From an uncultured Acidobacteriota bacterium (GTDB lineage: Bacteria > Acidobacteriota > Thermoanaerobaculia > UBA5066 > DATFVB01), in assembly GCA_963813155.1 (NCBI GenBank), contig CAWEYG010000002.1, positions 32,001-96,000 of the forward strand: a stretch of DNA of 64,000 nucleotides, read 5' to 3'. The notes under the pieces were generated by a model. It made no database searches and had not been told where the DNA came from. It was given only the letters and a program-made list of their open reading frames with translations. The number at the start of each line of letters is the position of its first letter. The stretch's first letter is position 1. The position numbers and the translations under genes were made by a program. This document shows positions 10,074 to 20,330 of the stretch, one piece after another.

Positions 10074-12131
10074 GGCCTTCCTCCGTGGCGAAGGCGGATG
10101 GTAGCGGCGCCGGCTTGCCGAGAACGTAATGCTCGAGCCAATCCACCTCCGAGCGGATCTTCGTTTTCTTGTGCGACGGCTTCGCGAAGATGTGGCTTTC
10201 GCCCGGGAACAGCAGCAGCTCCGCCGGCACGCCGCGCCACAGAAGGTTGTTGTACATCTCTTTCGCCTGAGCGGGCGAAACGCCGTCGCGTTCCCCGGCC
10301 ACGATCAGCGTGGGCGTCTTCGCGGTCTGGACGCTTCCGATCGGCGTCTCGTTCCACCAGTGCTGGAAATCCTCCCAGGGGGCCTTGCCGCCGAAAAAGA
10401 CGTCGGCCCAGAACCTTCCCCTGCCCGTTGCGCAGAGCGAAATGCCGTCCCACACGCCCGCTCCGGTCACGATCGCCTGAAAAATGTTCGTTCGCCCGAC
10501 GAGGCACTTCGTGAGGCCGCCTCCGCCGCTGTAGCCAATCACGCCGACGCGCTTCGGGTCCGCCCAGCCGCGCGCGACGAGGCTCTCGACGCCGCGGATC
10601 ACGTCTTCGGAAGGAAGAGAGCAGAAGTGATCCTGGATCCCGCGCGTGAATTCGTCGCCGCGCCCGCCGCTGCCGCGGTAGTTCGCGTTGAGCACGAGAA
10701 AGCCGCGCGCGGCCAGGAGCGACGGATAGGACGTGTACGAGCTATAGAGATCGAGGGCTTCGATCCGCGCCACGCCGAACGGACCGCCGTGGAGATCGAC
10801 GATCAGCGGCAGCCCGCGCTCTCCCTTGTGACCCGGCGGCCAGTCGAGGACGCCTTCGACGGTCGCGCCGTCTTCACTCTTCCAGGAGACGGTCTCGATC
10901 TCCGGCAGAGGGCTTTTCGAGAGGACGGCGTTGAACGCGGTGACGGCCTTCGCCGTCGCGGCGCCGGCAGGCCCCTCGGCGACGTAGAGCTCCGCGAAAT
11001 GACCGGGATCGCCCGCGACGAACGCGATGCGCTTTCCGTCCCGGGAAGCCGAGAGATTCGAGACCCAGCCCCGCTGATCGCGCAGGTGCCGCGTCTTTCC
11101 GGTCGCGGGATCGATCAGGAACACTCGCATGCGGGTGGAAACGCTCGCGCTCGTGAGGAGAGTGCCGTCCGCGAGCGGGACGACCTCGCCGAGGCTGCCC
11201 TCCATCGCGGGCGCGACGCGAGAAAGACCCAGTTCTCCCGCCCGGGCGTTCGGCGTCCGCTCGGAACAGGCGCGGCTCCGTCACCACGAATCGCCCGTCC
11301 CGGGCCTCGCCCATGCCGGACACGAAGAGGTTGTCCCCCACCCAGAAGACGTGATCCTCCAGAATCGAGGTTGTGGGTCCGCCGCACCGAGGAGGCCGGA
11401 TCGCCCCCGGCCAGCGGCAGAAGCGCCACCTCCGAGCTCTCGATCGATTCGCTCGCGCCGCTTCCGAGGACAGCGACCGAGCGCCCGTCGGGAGAAACCG
11501 CGAGCGCCTCGAGCTCGTCGAAGGGCGCCGCGAAAAGGCGCTCGACGCGGCCGTCGGCCAGGGCAATTTTCGAGAGAGACGATCCGAGCCGGCGGCGCCG
11601 GAAGCCGCATCGACGTCGCCGTCGGGATTCTTCGTCCCCGGCGAGGTTTCCGGCGCCGGGTCCGCGGCCGAGACGACGAAGCCCGATCCGTCCGGGAAGC
11701 CAGTCGTAGAGATCGATTCCATCCGGAAAACGATCGGCGCTCGTGACCGCTCGCGGCTTGCTTTCCGGAGAAGGCGCGATCGTGACGACCTGAGCGCCCG
11801 CGCCCGGAGCGGAAGACTCGAGATACGACAGAAGCTTGCCGTCGGGAGACCAATGAATGTTCGAAGAGCGTCCCGTCTCCGCGATCCGAACGGGAGGTCC
11901 CGTCCGGCCTCCCCCCGGGAAATCGATCCGCCACAGCGTGAACACCTCGCGATCCTTCCCGAAATCGTTTTCGCGAAGCAGAAAGGCGAGCCGCGAACCG
12001 TCGGGCGAAACCTGGACTTCGTCGAACGATTTCTCGCCGAGAAACGTCTCGATGTCCGAAAGGTCCGCGGCGGCGGCCGAGAGAGCGCGCAGACACACGA
12101 GGACGGCGAAGCACAACGCGGCCTTTTTCAT
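10070..12131 (-). CDS. S9 family peptidase (acylaminoacyl/dipeptidyl type), secreted; several apparent frameshifts, 3' end approximate
   Basis: Signal peptide MKKAALCFAVLVC; SPDG propeller repeats; HGGP, GYSGGG nucleophile motif, GESH; pieces lie in three frames. Confidence 0.8.
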
Positions 12132-12186
12132 GTTCGAACCTCGAGACAACTCTACAAGAGGAAGGTGGCCGGCGTCCGGGGCACCG

Positions 12187-12671
12187 TATTTCAAATAGGG
12201 CAGCAGATCCGTGTGGTGGCCGATCATCTTCCACTTCCCGCTTTCCTTGCGGAAGACGTTCGTCGCGCGGATGGAGAGCTTCTGCCGCTCCCCTTTCGCG
12301 TTCGTGTTTTCGCCGTTTTCGAAGTTGCTCGTCACCGCGATGTCGCGGCCGACGGTGACCCGCATGTCCGCCGCCTCGACGGAGCCCCCGAGCTTCATCG
12401 CGGCCTGCGCCTTCCAGTTTTCGAGAACCTTCGGCCACCCGACCTGGAACCCGCCGCCGGGCCCCATGTACGTCACGTCGTCCGCGTGCGACCAGACTTC
12501 CGTCATCGGGCCCAGGTCTCCCGTGAACATCCGGTTCAACGCGGCGTAGAACTGCGCGGCGGCCGCCCGCACCGCTTTTTCGTCGCCTGCCGCCGCTTTC
12601 GGAGAGGCGGAGGCGACGCTCCCGCATGCGAGGAGAAACAGCGAAACCCAGACCGCCAACCTATTCTTCAT
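12187..12671 (-). CDS. SnoaL/NTF2-like (DUF4440-type) secreted protein; stop codon apparently lost, end approximate
   Basis: Signal peptide; AVRAAAAQFYAAL...RATNVFRKESGKWKMIGHHTD NTF2-type ending; runs in-frame into the S9 gene. Confidence 0.75.
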
Positions 12672-12701
12672 GTGATACCTCATTTGAATTCTCCCACTTC
12701 G

Positions 12702-12745
12702 CCCTCTCCATCTGGAGAGGGGGGACCGCGCAGCGGTGGGTGAGG
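12702..12745 (-). repeat. REP-like palindromic repeat, CCTCACCC/CCCTCTCC family, copy 1
   Basis: Minus strand CCTCACCC-hairpin-CCCTCTCCAGATGGAGAGGG. Confidence 0.75.
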
Positions 12746-12762
12746 TCGAGGCCACCCGGAGC

Positions 12763-12787
12763 GATTCCCGCGTTCGCGGGAATGACG
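12763..12787 (-). repeat. CGTC-tagged REP / dRS3-like palindrome
   Basis: Minus strand CGTCATTCCCGCGAACGCGGGAATC, i.e. ATTCCC-N8-GGGAAT. Confidence 0.7.
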
Positions 12788-12800
12788 GGGCGCCGAGCCT

Positions 12801-13109
12801 TTACGGCAGCAGCGTCCCCATTGTTTTCGCGATTTCTTCCGCGGCCATACGATCGAAGACCCCGCTCAACGGGACTTCCGGGTAGCCCTTCGCGTCGTAC
12901 CACATGAACCAGAAGGCTTCCCGATCCGGGTTCTTGCGGTCGCGCACGTGCTCGAGCCACAGGCTGCGGTCGGTGTCGGCGTAGAGAGACCCGGCGAAGA
13001 CGCTTCCCTTGAACGTTCCCTTCCCATGGGCATGCCCCTCGGGCTTCGTCTCGAAAAAGCGGTTCTGACAGGTGAATGGGATTGCGTTGATGCGATGGTC
13101 GACTGGCAT
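12801..13109 (-). CDS. Hypothetical protein (102 aa)
   Basis: GGAGG RBS upstream of ATG; protein-like composition with an aromatic-rich core (FWFMWYD). Confidence 0.65.
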   Translation of the reverse strand: MPVDHRINAIPFTCQNRFFETKPEGHAHGKGTFKGSVFAGSLYADTDRSLWLEHVRDRKNPDREAFWFMWYDAKGYPEVPLSGVFDRMAAEEIAKTMGTLLP

Positions 13110-13224
13110 GTCGCCTCCGTTCCGGACTCGTTTGGCAGACCCAGTCTACTCTTCTGCGGATGTTGCCTCTCTCACCCGGCCAACGACATCCCTTTCGCGG
13201 GAACCTGGGCTACGCTTCGACGGA

Positions 13225-13593
13225 ATGCCACGATTGCCAAAATTCAAATCCGTTCTCGCAAACGCAAGAAGCCTCCGGGTCTCCCAGACGAGAGCGGAAA
13301 CGAGGCTCTGGCGCGAACTTCGAGGACGCCGCTTCGATGGCTTCAAATTCCGCCGTCAACAGCCGATCGGTCCGTACATCGCGGATTTTTGCTGTTTCGA
13401 GGCAAAACTGACGATTGAGCTCGATGGAGGAGGGCACTCCGACAAAGACGTCGCCGCCTATGACCGGCAGCGAACGGAATACATGACGAGCCTCGGCCTC
13501 CGCGAGCTCCGTTTCTGGAACAGTTACGTGTCGGACAATCTTGAGGAGACGCTGCGGGTGATCGAGCGAGCGTTGGAAGAGGCACGCACCTGA
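13225..13593 (+). CDS. DUF559 (Vsr-like PD-(D/E)xK) endonuclease domain protein
   Basis: ARSLR..T.AE..LW..LR.RRFDGFKFRRQQPIGPYIADF...IELDGGGH...LRFWN. Confidence 0.92.
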   Translation: MPRLPKFKSVLANARSLRVSQTRAETRLWRELRGRRFDGFKFRRQQPIGPYIADFCCFEAKLTIELDGGGHSDKDVAAYDRQRTEYMTSLGLRELRFWNSYVSDNLEETLRVIERALEEART

Positions 13594-13594
13594 G

Positions 13595-13711
13595 CCCACC
13601 CTCACCCGCGCACCTTACGGTGCTTGCCCTCTCCCATCGAGGGAGAGGGCGGAAGAACCCCTCTCCCCCTGTGGGAGAGGGAAGAGCGCCGCAGGCGCGA
13701 AGGGTGAGGGG
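13595..13711. repeat. Inverted pair of CCTCACCC/CCCTCTCCC REP-like repeats (copies 2 and 3)
   Basis: 13595-13649 forward and 13658-13711 reverse, each with a CCCTCTCCC...GGGAGAGGG hairpin. Confidence 0.85.
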
Positions 13712-13724
13712 TAGGCGCCCGGGG

Positions 13725-14270
13725 TTACTTCTCTTTCGGCATCGACCAGGGCGGCACGACGCCGTTCATCCGGGCGTAGGCGATCGACTGCCCCAGGTGC
13801 TCGTGGAGGTGGCTCATGGTGACGGAGTAGACCCCCCGGACGGTCGTGTCGTTGCCGAACAGCTTCGCCGGCTTCTCGAGGTCCGCGTCCGACGCGTTCG
13901 TGATCGCCTGCCGCAGGTTCGCGAAAGAGGCTTTCAGGGCTTCCGCGACCTTCGCCTTGTCGGTGATCTTCTCCATGTCGGGGGAAAGACCGGCCGGCTT
14001 CGGAACGCCTGCGAACCCGAGCAGGAAGTAGTTCGCGCCCGCGATGTGCATGTACACCTCGGAGATGGAGCGCACGCCCTCCGCGGGACGCCACGTGTAC
14101 TTTGCCTCGGGCACCGCGGCCGCGAGGCCTTCGATCTTCTTTTCGACGTCGTCGAGCTGCCAGAGGTACTCGCCGCGGTAGCCTTTCGGCATGTCCGCCG
14201 CGCGGAGGCGCGGTGCGGCGAGGGTCGCGGTCATCGTCAGCAGGAGGAAGGCCAGGATCGTTCGTTTCAT
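13725..14270 (-). CDS. DinB family secreted protein
   Basis: Signal peptide; WRPAEGVRSISEVYMHIA, HLHEHLGQSIAYARMNGVVPPW. Confidence 0.88.
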   Translation of the reverse strand: MKRTILAFLLLTMTATLAAPRLRAADMPKGYRGEYLWQLDDVEKKIEGLAAAVPEAKYTWRPAEGVRSISEVYMHIAGANYFLLGFAGVPKPAGLSPDMEKITDKAKVAEALKASFANLRQAITNASDADLEKPAKLFGNDTTVRGVYSVTMSHLHEHLGQSIAYARMNGVVPPWSMPKEK

Positions 14271-14306
14271 TTTTTCTCCTTTTCGAACTTGAGAATCTTA
14301 CCCTTA

Positions 14307-14421
14307 CCCTCTCCCCTTGTGGGAGAGGATAGAGCGAAGCGAGGGTGAGGGGTAGCCGCCGGAACACCCCACCCTCACCCGCGCACCTTCGGTGCTTGCC
14401 CTCTCCCATCGAGGGAGAGGG
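14307..14421. repeat. Inverted pair of CCTCACCC/CCCTCTCCC REP-like repeats (copies 4 and 5)
   Basis: 14307-14352 reverse; 14368-14421 forward and nearly identical to 13595-13649. Confidence 0.85.
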
Positions 14422-15145
14422 AGACTCTCCCCTTCTCCCGCAGCCGCAGCACGGCTTCCCGCGACGCGTTCAGGAGCTCATCGCGGTCCGCGACGGTTTT
14501 TCCCGCGGTCGCGATCGGGTCACCGATCTCGATTGCGACGGGACCGGGCGTCAGGAAGAACGAGCCCTTCTTCAGGATCGGGAACGTCCCGGCGAGGCCG
14601 ACCGGCACGATCGGGTGGCCCGTCTTCAGCGCGATCAGCACTCCTCCCTTTTTGAACGGCAGCAGCTCACCGGTCTGCGTGCGCGTCTGCTCCGGAAAGA
14701 TGATCAGCGATTTCCCCCGCTTCAGCTTCTTCGCGGCCTTCTCCAGCGATGCGGCCGCGTTCCTGCGGTCGAAGCGGTCGACCGGCACGAAGCCTGCCGC
14801 GGCCATCGACCAGCCCAGGATCGGAAGGTAGAAGAGCCCCTGTTTCGCGAGGAAGCGGATCTGGCCCGGGAGATACGCGAACAACACGAGGATGTCGTAG
14901 AACGATTCGTGGTTCGCGAAGTAGATGTAGCTCGCGGACGGATCGATCCTGTCCCCTCCGGCCGCTTTGACCTTCACGCCCGTCGCGAACAGGAGGGTCC
15001 GCGCCCAGCCGCGCGCGAACATGAGGTACCAGTCGCCCCGCGGCGGCACGAACGCGGCGAAAATCGAAGGAATTCCGAACAAGATCGTCGCTCCGACGAT
15101 GACGAACCACGCGAACAGCGAGCGGAAGAACCGCAATCGCTTCAT
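14375..15145 (-). CDS. plsC: 1-acyl-sn-glycerol-3-phosphate acyltransferase
   Basis: NHESFYD (NHxxxxD) and IFPEQTR motifs. Confidence 0.88.
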   Translation of the reverse strand: MKRLRFFRSLFAWFVIVGATILFGIPSIFAAFVPPRGDWYLMFARGWARTLLFATGVKVKAAGGDRIDPSASYIYFANHESFYDILVLFAYLPGQIRFLAKQGLFYLPILGWSMAAAGFVPVDRFDRRNAAASLEKAAKKLKRGKSLIIFPEQTRTQTGELLPFKKGGVLIALKTGHPIVPVGLAGTFPILKKGSFFLTPGPVAIEIGDPIATAGKTVADRDELLNASREAVLRLREKGRVSLSLDGRGQAPKVRG

Positions 15146-15182
15146 CTTAACGCGGCCCCTTCATTTGATACGATCGGCCGGA

Positions 15183-16004
15183 ATGGGCGAACAGGGCGAG
15201 ACGACCGTTTTCTACCGCAATTTGCGGTGGTTCCGCTTCATCGACCGCTTCGGGCGGAAGGGGTCGTCGATGCTCGACTACCTCGGCGGGATCACCGAGT
15301 TGACGGGCGCCGCGATCGCGGGCGCGTTTCGCCGCCCGTTCTACCAGCAGGAAATCCTCCACCAGATGGACGAAAACGGCGTCAAGTCCTTGGGAATCAC
15401 GAACATCACCGCTCTCTTCACGGGGATGGTGCTGGCCCTGCAAACCGCTTATTCGCTGGCGGCGTTCGGCGGAAAGCTGTTCATCGGGAGGGTCGTCTCC
15501 CTGTCGCTCGTGCGCGAGCTCGGGCCGGTGCTGACCGCGCTGATGGTCGGCGGCCGCGTGGGGGCGGGCATCACCGCGGAGCTCGGCTCGATGACCGTGA
15601 CGGAGCAGGTCGACGCTCTGCGCGCCATGGCCGTTTCTCCGGTGAAGCGGCTCGTGACGCCGCGCGTCATCGCCGTGTTCTTCATGCTGCCGCTGCTGAC
15701 GGCGCTCGCCGATCTGCTCGGCATCCTGGGCGGCCTCGCGATCGCGGTCTGGGAGCTGTCGATGACGGCATCCTTCTACTTCAACAGCATCTGGAACCAG
15801 CTGCGGATCTCCGACATCGCGAGCGGCCTCGGGAAGTCGTTCTTCTTCGCTCTGGAGATCGCGTTGATCGGCTGCTACAACGGCCTGAACGTCAAAGGCG
15901 GCGCTGCCTCGGTCGGGCGCGCCACGACGCAGACGGTCGTCGCGGCGTCGATCTCGATTCTCGTGTCGGACTTCTTCCTCACGAAGCTGTTCCTCGCCCT
16001 ATGA
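15183..16004 (+). CDS. mlaE: MlaE family ABC permease
   Basis: RELGPVLTALMVGGRVGAGITAELGSMTVTEQVDAL; SVGRATTQTVV. Confidence 0.92.
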   Translation: MGEQGETTVFYRNLRWFRFIDRFGRKGSSMLDYLGGITELTGAAIAGAFRRPFYQQEILHQMDENGVKSLGITNITALFTGMVLALQTAYSLAAFGGKLFIGRVVSLSLVRELGPVLTALMVGGRVGAGITAELGSMTVTEQVDALRAMAVSPVKRLVTPRVIAVFFMLPLLTALADLLGILGGLAIAVWELSMTASFYFNSIWNQLRISDIASGLGKSFFFALEIALIGCYNGLNVKGGAASVGRATTQTVVAASISILVSDFFLTKLFLAL

Positions 16005-16903
16005 GCAGCGCGACAGAAACCTCCGCGCGGCCCGCCGCCGAATCCCCGGTTTCGCCGGACGACGCCGTCGTGCTCCGGAACGTCCGCAAGACGTACGAGG
16101 GAAAGTCGGTCCTCTCCGGCGCGACGCTCGCGATCCGGCGGGGCGAAACGATGGTCGTGCTGGGACCGTCGGGAACGGGCAAGAGCGTGCTGCTGCGCCA
16201 TATCAACGGGCTCACGAAGCCCGACTCGGGAAACGTGTTCGTCTGCGGCGAGGACATCGTTCCGCTCGCCGAGGAAGACATGGCGCACGTGCGGCTTCGC
16301 GTTTCGATGCTCTTCCAGGGGGGCGCGCTTTTCGATTCGATGAACGTTCTCGAGAACGTCGCGTTCCCGATGCGGGAACACACGCAGATGAGCAACCAGG
16401 AGATCGCCGAACGCGTCGCCGAGAAGCTCGCGATGGTGGGCCTCCCGGGCACGCAGCGAAAGATGCCGTCGGAGCTCTCGGGCGGCATGCGCAAGCGCGT
16501 CGCGCTCGCACGCTCGATCGCGCTCGACCCGGAGATCATCCTGTTCGACGAGCCGACGACCGGGCTCGACCCGATCAACTCCGAGAAGATCAACGAGCTG
16601 ATCGCCGACCTGAACTCGCGGCTGAAGGCGACATTCGTCGTCGTCACGCACGACATCGTCTCCGCGAGAGCGATCGCGGACCGCGTCGCGTTCCTGCACG
16701 GCGGAACGTTCGAGTTCGTCGGAAGCTTCGACGAAGCCGCCCTCGGAGCCCACCCCATCCTGTCCGACTTCTTCCGGTCCCAGGGCTTTCCCTGCAAGAC
16801 CGAGACGGCGGCGATGTCCGCCGCCGCGCTGCGCGCGCTTTCGGCCGCGCCGCACCCGTCCGAAGCGGGGTCTGTCCGAAAACCGAAATCCGAGGGGGCG
16901 TAA
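16001..16903 (+). CDS. mlaF: MlaF family ABC ATP-binding protein
   Basis: GPSGTGKS, FQGGALFDSM, LSGGMRKR, DEPTTGLDP. Confidence 0.92.
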   Translation: MSSATETSARPAAESPVSPDDAVVLRNVRKTYEGKSVLSGATLAIRRGETMVVLGPSGTGKSVLLRHINGLTKPDSGNVFVCGEDIVPLAEEDMAHVRLRVSMLFQGGALFDSMNVLENVAFPMREHTQMSNQEIAERVAEKLAMVGLPGTQRKMPSELSGGMRKRVALARSIALDPEIILFDEPTTGLDPINSEKINELIADLNSRLKATFVVVTHDIVSARAIADRVAFLHGGTFEFVGSFDEAALGAHPILSDFFRSQGFPCKTETAAMSAAALRALSAAPHPSEAGSVRKPKSEGA

Positions 16904-18090
16904 TGCGCGGCAGTGAGATCGTTCAACGGCGTTTTCGGGTCGGCCTCGTCGTCCTCGTCGCGCTCTTCGCGTTCGCGATCGGGGTCTTCATGGTCGGCAA
17001 GCGGGCGAGCCTCTTCACCCGGAAGGTCGACTACCAGATCCGCTTCGCGAGCGCGTCCGGGCTCACCGCCGGCAACGCCGTGCGGCTCGCCGGCGTCACG
17101 GTCGGCACGGTGACCGACGTCGCGCTGTCGGAGAAGCCGGGAGACACGACCGTCACCGTACAGGTCAACGTCGAGCGGCGCATGACGTCGCGCATCCGGG
17201 CAGACACGCGGGCGTCGATCAAGACGATCGGCCTGCTTGGCGACAAGTACATCGAGCTCGAAGGCGGGTCCGACGCCTCGCCGGAAATCCCCCCGGGCGG
17301 CGAGATCGCCGCCGCGCAGGAAGCGGGGATCGAGAAGCTGCTCGCCGGCGGAGAAGGCTTGCTCGGCGATCTCACGGAGATCGCCCGCTCGCTCAAGATC
17401 ATTCTCGCGCGCACCGAAAAAGGAAAGGGGCTCGTCGGGGAGCTCACGAGCGATTCCGAGCGCGGAAAGCAGATCGGCTCGAACCTCAACCAGACGTTGA
17501 AACAGCTTTCGGTGACGCTCGAAAAGATCAACTCGGGCAAGAGCCTCGCCGGCAAGCTCATTGCGGACGAAAAGTACGGCCGCGATAACGGGCAGGCGCT
17601 TTCGAGCGCGATTACTTCGGCGTCGAAGCTGTTTGGAAAGCTCTCGACCGCGATGGACAAGCGCGACGGCGCCCTCCCCGCGCTCATCGCCGATCCCGAC
17701 GGAAAAAAGAAAATCTACGCGCTGATCGACAACCTCTCGCAGGCCGGCGTTTCCCTCGCGCGGGTCTCATCGGAGCTCGACCGGGGCAAGGGGCTGCTTC
17801 CGGTGCTGCTGCACGACGAGTCCTTCTCCCGCGACTTCCGGCAGCACCTCTCGAACCTCGCGGAACACCTCGACGCCGTTTCAGCGAAGCTCGACAGCCG
17901 GGACGGAACGCTCGGAAAGTTCCTGACCGACCCGTCGCTCTACGACGCCGCCAACGACATCGTCGTGGGCGTCAACGAGTCCAAGCTCCTGAAGTGGCTG
18001 ATTCGCGACCGCCAGAAGCGGGGCATCAAGGAACGCTACGACAAAGAACACGCGAAATCCGCGGGGAAGGCGGACGCCGAGCCGCAATGA
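16903..18090 (+). CDS. mlaD: MlaD/MCE family protein with long helical extension
   Basis: N-terminal TM; [28 protein letters not shown]; repeated G.G..G.L..D helical units. Confidence 0.88.
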   Translation: MRGSEIVQRRFRVGLVVLVALFAFAIGVFMVGKRASLFTRKVDYQIRFASASGLTAGNAVRLAGVTVGTVTDVALSEKPGDTTVTVQVNVERRMTSRIRADTRASIKTIGLLGDKYIELEGGSDASPEIPPGGEIAAAQEAGIEKLLAGGEGLLGDLTEIARSLKIILARTEKGKGLVGELTSDSERGKQIGSNLNQTLKQLSVTLEKINSGKSLAGKLIADEKYGRDNGQALSSAITSASKLFGKLSTAMDKRDGALPALIADPDGKKKIYALIDNLSQAGVSLARVSSELDRGKGLLPVLLHDESFSRDFRQHLSNLAEHLDAVSAKLDSRDGTLGKFLTDPSLYDAANDIVVGVNESKLLKWLIRDRQKRGIKERYDKEHAKSAGKADAEPQ

Positions 18091-19034
18091 ACGTTCTCAT
18101 CACGGGGGGAGCCGGTTTCATCGGATCGCACCTCGCGGACCGCCGTCTGGCGCGGGGGGATTCGGTCACGGTCCTCGACGACTTCAACGACTACTACGAC
18201 CCGGCCGTCAAGCGCCGCAACGTGGCCCCGCATCTCGGCAATCCGTGCTACCGGCTGGTCGAAGGGGACATCCGCGACCGGGCGCTCGTGCTCGGCCTGT
18301 TCGAAACGGGACGATTCGACGCGGTCGTTCACCTCGCCGCGCGCGCCGGCGTGCGCCCGTCGCTCAAAGACCCCGTTCTCTACGAAGAGGTCAACTGCGT
18401 CGCGAGCCTGCACCTCCTGGACGCGGCGGTGAAGTTCGGAAAGCCGAGGTTCGTCTTCGCGTCGTCCTCGTCGGTGTACGGCGTGAACTCGAAGCTGCCG
18501 TTTTCCGAGGACGACCCGATCGACCGCCCCGTCTCGCCCTACGCGACGACGAAGCGCAGCGGCGAGCTGCTCGCGTTCAACTACCACCACCTCTACGGCC
18601 TCGACGTGTTCTGCCTGCGCTTCTTCACCGTCTACGGCCCGCGGCAGCGTCCCGAAATGGCGATCGCCCGGTTCACCGAGGCGATCGAGCGGGGGAAGGA
18701 ATTCCCGTTCTACGGAGACGGCGGATCGCGCCGCGACTACACGTTCATCGAAGACATCCTCGACGGCGTCGAGGCCTCCCTCGACCGGTGCCGCGGGTTC
18801 GAGATCGTCAACCTGGGCGGCTCGCACCCGGTCACGCTGTCGGAGCTCGTCGCCGCGCTCGAGGCCGCGACCGGAAAGAAGGCGAAGCTCTCGCGCCAAC
18901 CGGAGCAGCCGGGGGACGTCCCGGTCACGTTCGCGGACGTGAGCAAGGCGAAACGAGTCCTCGGCTACGAGGCGAAGGTCCCGCTCGAAGAGGGCCTGCG
19001 GCGCTACGTCGAGTGGTATCGGAGGGAAGCTTGA
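18087..19034 (+). CDS. NAD-dependent epimerase, UDP-glucuronate 4-epimerase-like
   Basis: [41 protein letters not shown]. Confidence 0.9.
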   Translation: MNVLITGGAGFIGSHLADRRLARGDSVTVLDDFNDYYDPAVKRRNVAPHLGNPCYRLVEGDIRDRALVLGLFETGRFDAVVHLAARAGVRPSLKDPVLYEEVNCVASLHLLDAAVKFGKPRFVFASSSSVYGVNSKLPFSEDDPIDRPVSPYATTKRSGELLAFNYHHLYGLDVFCLRFFTVYGPRQRPEMAIARFTEAIERGKEFPFYGDGGSRRDYTFIEDILDGVEASLDRCRGFEIVNLGGSHPVTLSELVAALEAATGKKAKLSRQPEQPGDVPVTFADVSKAKRVLGYEAKVPLEEGLRRYVEWYRREA

Positions 19035-20330
19035 ACATCTGCATGGTGGGCACCGGCTACGTGGGCCTCGTGACCGGAACGTGCCTGGCGGACTTCGGCA
19101 TGCACGTCGTCTGCGTCGACATCGACGAGGAGAAGATCCGCTCGCTCCAGGCGGGCAGAGATCCCGATCTACGAGCCCGGCCTCGAGGAGCTCGTCGCGA
19201 AGAACGAGCGCGCGGGAAGGCTGCGCTTCTCGACGGACCTGAAGTCCGCCGTCGAGGGTTCGCTGGCGATCTTCATCGCGGTCGGAACTCCCCCGCTGCC
19301 CGACGGGTCCGCGGACCTCACCTACGTCCGGCAGGTCGCGGAATCGATCGCCGGCCACGCGAACGGCTACAAGGTCGTCGTCACGAAGTCGACGGTCCCG
19401 ACCGGCACCGGCAAGATGATCGAGGAGATCCTGAAGGCCGGCATCGGCTCGCACGAGTTCTCCGTCGTGTCGAACCCGGAATTCCTGCGCGAAGGGTCCG
19501 CGATCTCCGATTTCCTGCGCCCGGACCGCGTCGTCATCGGCGCCCGGGACGAAAGGGCGATCGCCGTGATGCGCGAGATCTATTCGCCTCTCTACCTCAT
19601 CGAAACGCCGTTCATCGTCACGGACGTGGAATCGGCCGAGATGATCAAGTACGCGTCCAACGGGTTCCTCTCGGTGAAAATCTCTTTCATCAACGAGATC
19701 GCGCGGATCTGCGAGCTCGTGGGGGCGGACGTCCACGCCGTCGCGAGGGGGATGGGCCTCGACAAGCGGATCGGGTCGAAATTCCTGCATCCCGGCCCGG
19801 GCTTCGGCGGCTCCTGCTTCCCGAAGGACACGCAAGCCGTCGCGGACCTGGCGAGAAGACACGACTACCGGTTCGAGATCATCGAGGCGGCGATCTCCGC
19901 CAACGAGGCCACGAAGGCGCGGATGATCGAAAAGATCGAAAAGGCCGTTGGCGGGGTGGGGGGAAAGACGATCGGAATCCTCGGGATCTCGTTCAAGCCC
20001 GAAACGGACGACATCCGCGAGTCGGCCGCGCTGAAGATCATCGCGGACCTGCAGCAGCGCGGCGCGGCCGTCCGGGCGTTCGACCCCGCCGCGATCGAGA
20101 ACGCCCGGAAGGTCCTGGGAGGCGTCGAGTACGCGAAGGACGCGTATGATTGCGCCCGCGGTTGCGACGCGCTCGTGATCGTGACGGAGTGGAACGAGTT
20201 CCGCGCGCTCGATTTCGGCGTCCTGGCGGCGTCCATGCGCTCGAAAGCGCTCGTGGACCTTCGAAACATTTACGACCCGGACGAGGTCCGGGCGCTCGGC
20301 TGGACTTATGAGGGGGTGGGACGTGGCTAG
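19031..20330 (+). CDS. ugd: UDP-glucose 6-dehydrogenase (apparent frameshift near 19155)
   Basis: [39 protein letters not shown]. Confidence 0.9.

Noticed and set aside
8671-12755. Apparent fusions in the ORF track (S9 plus hypothetical, 844 aa; SnoaL plus S9, 546 aa)
   Set aside because: Internal signal peptides mark separate starts, and the linkers are off-frame or intergenic sequence; stops were probably lost to indels
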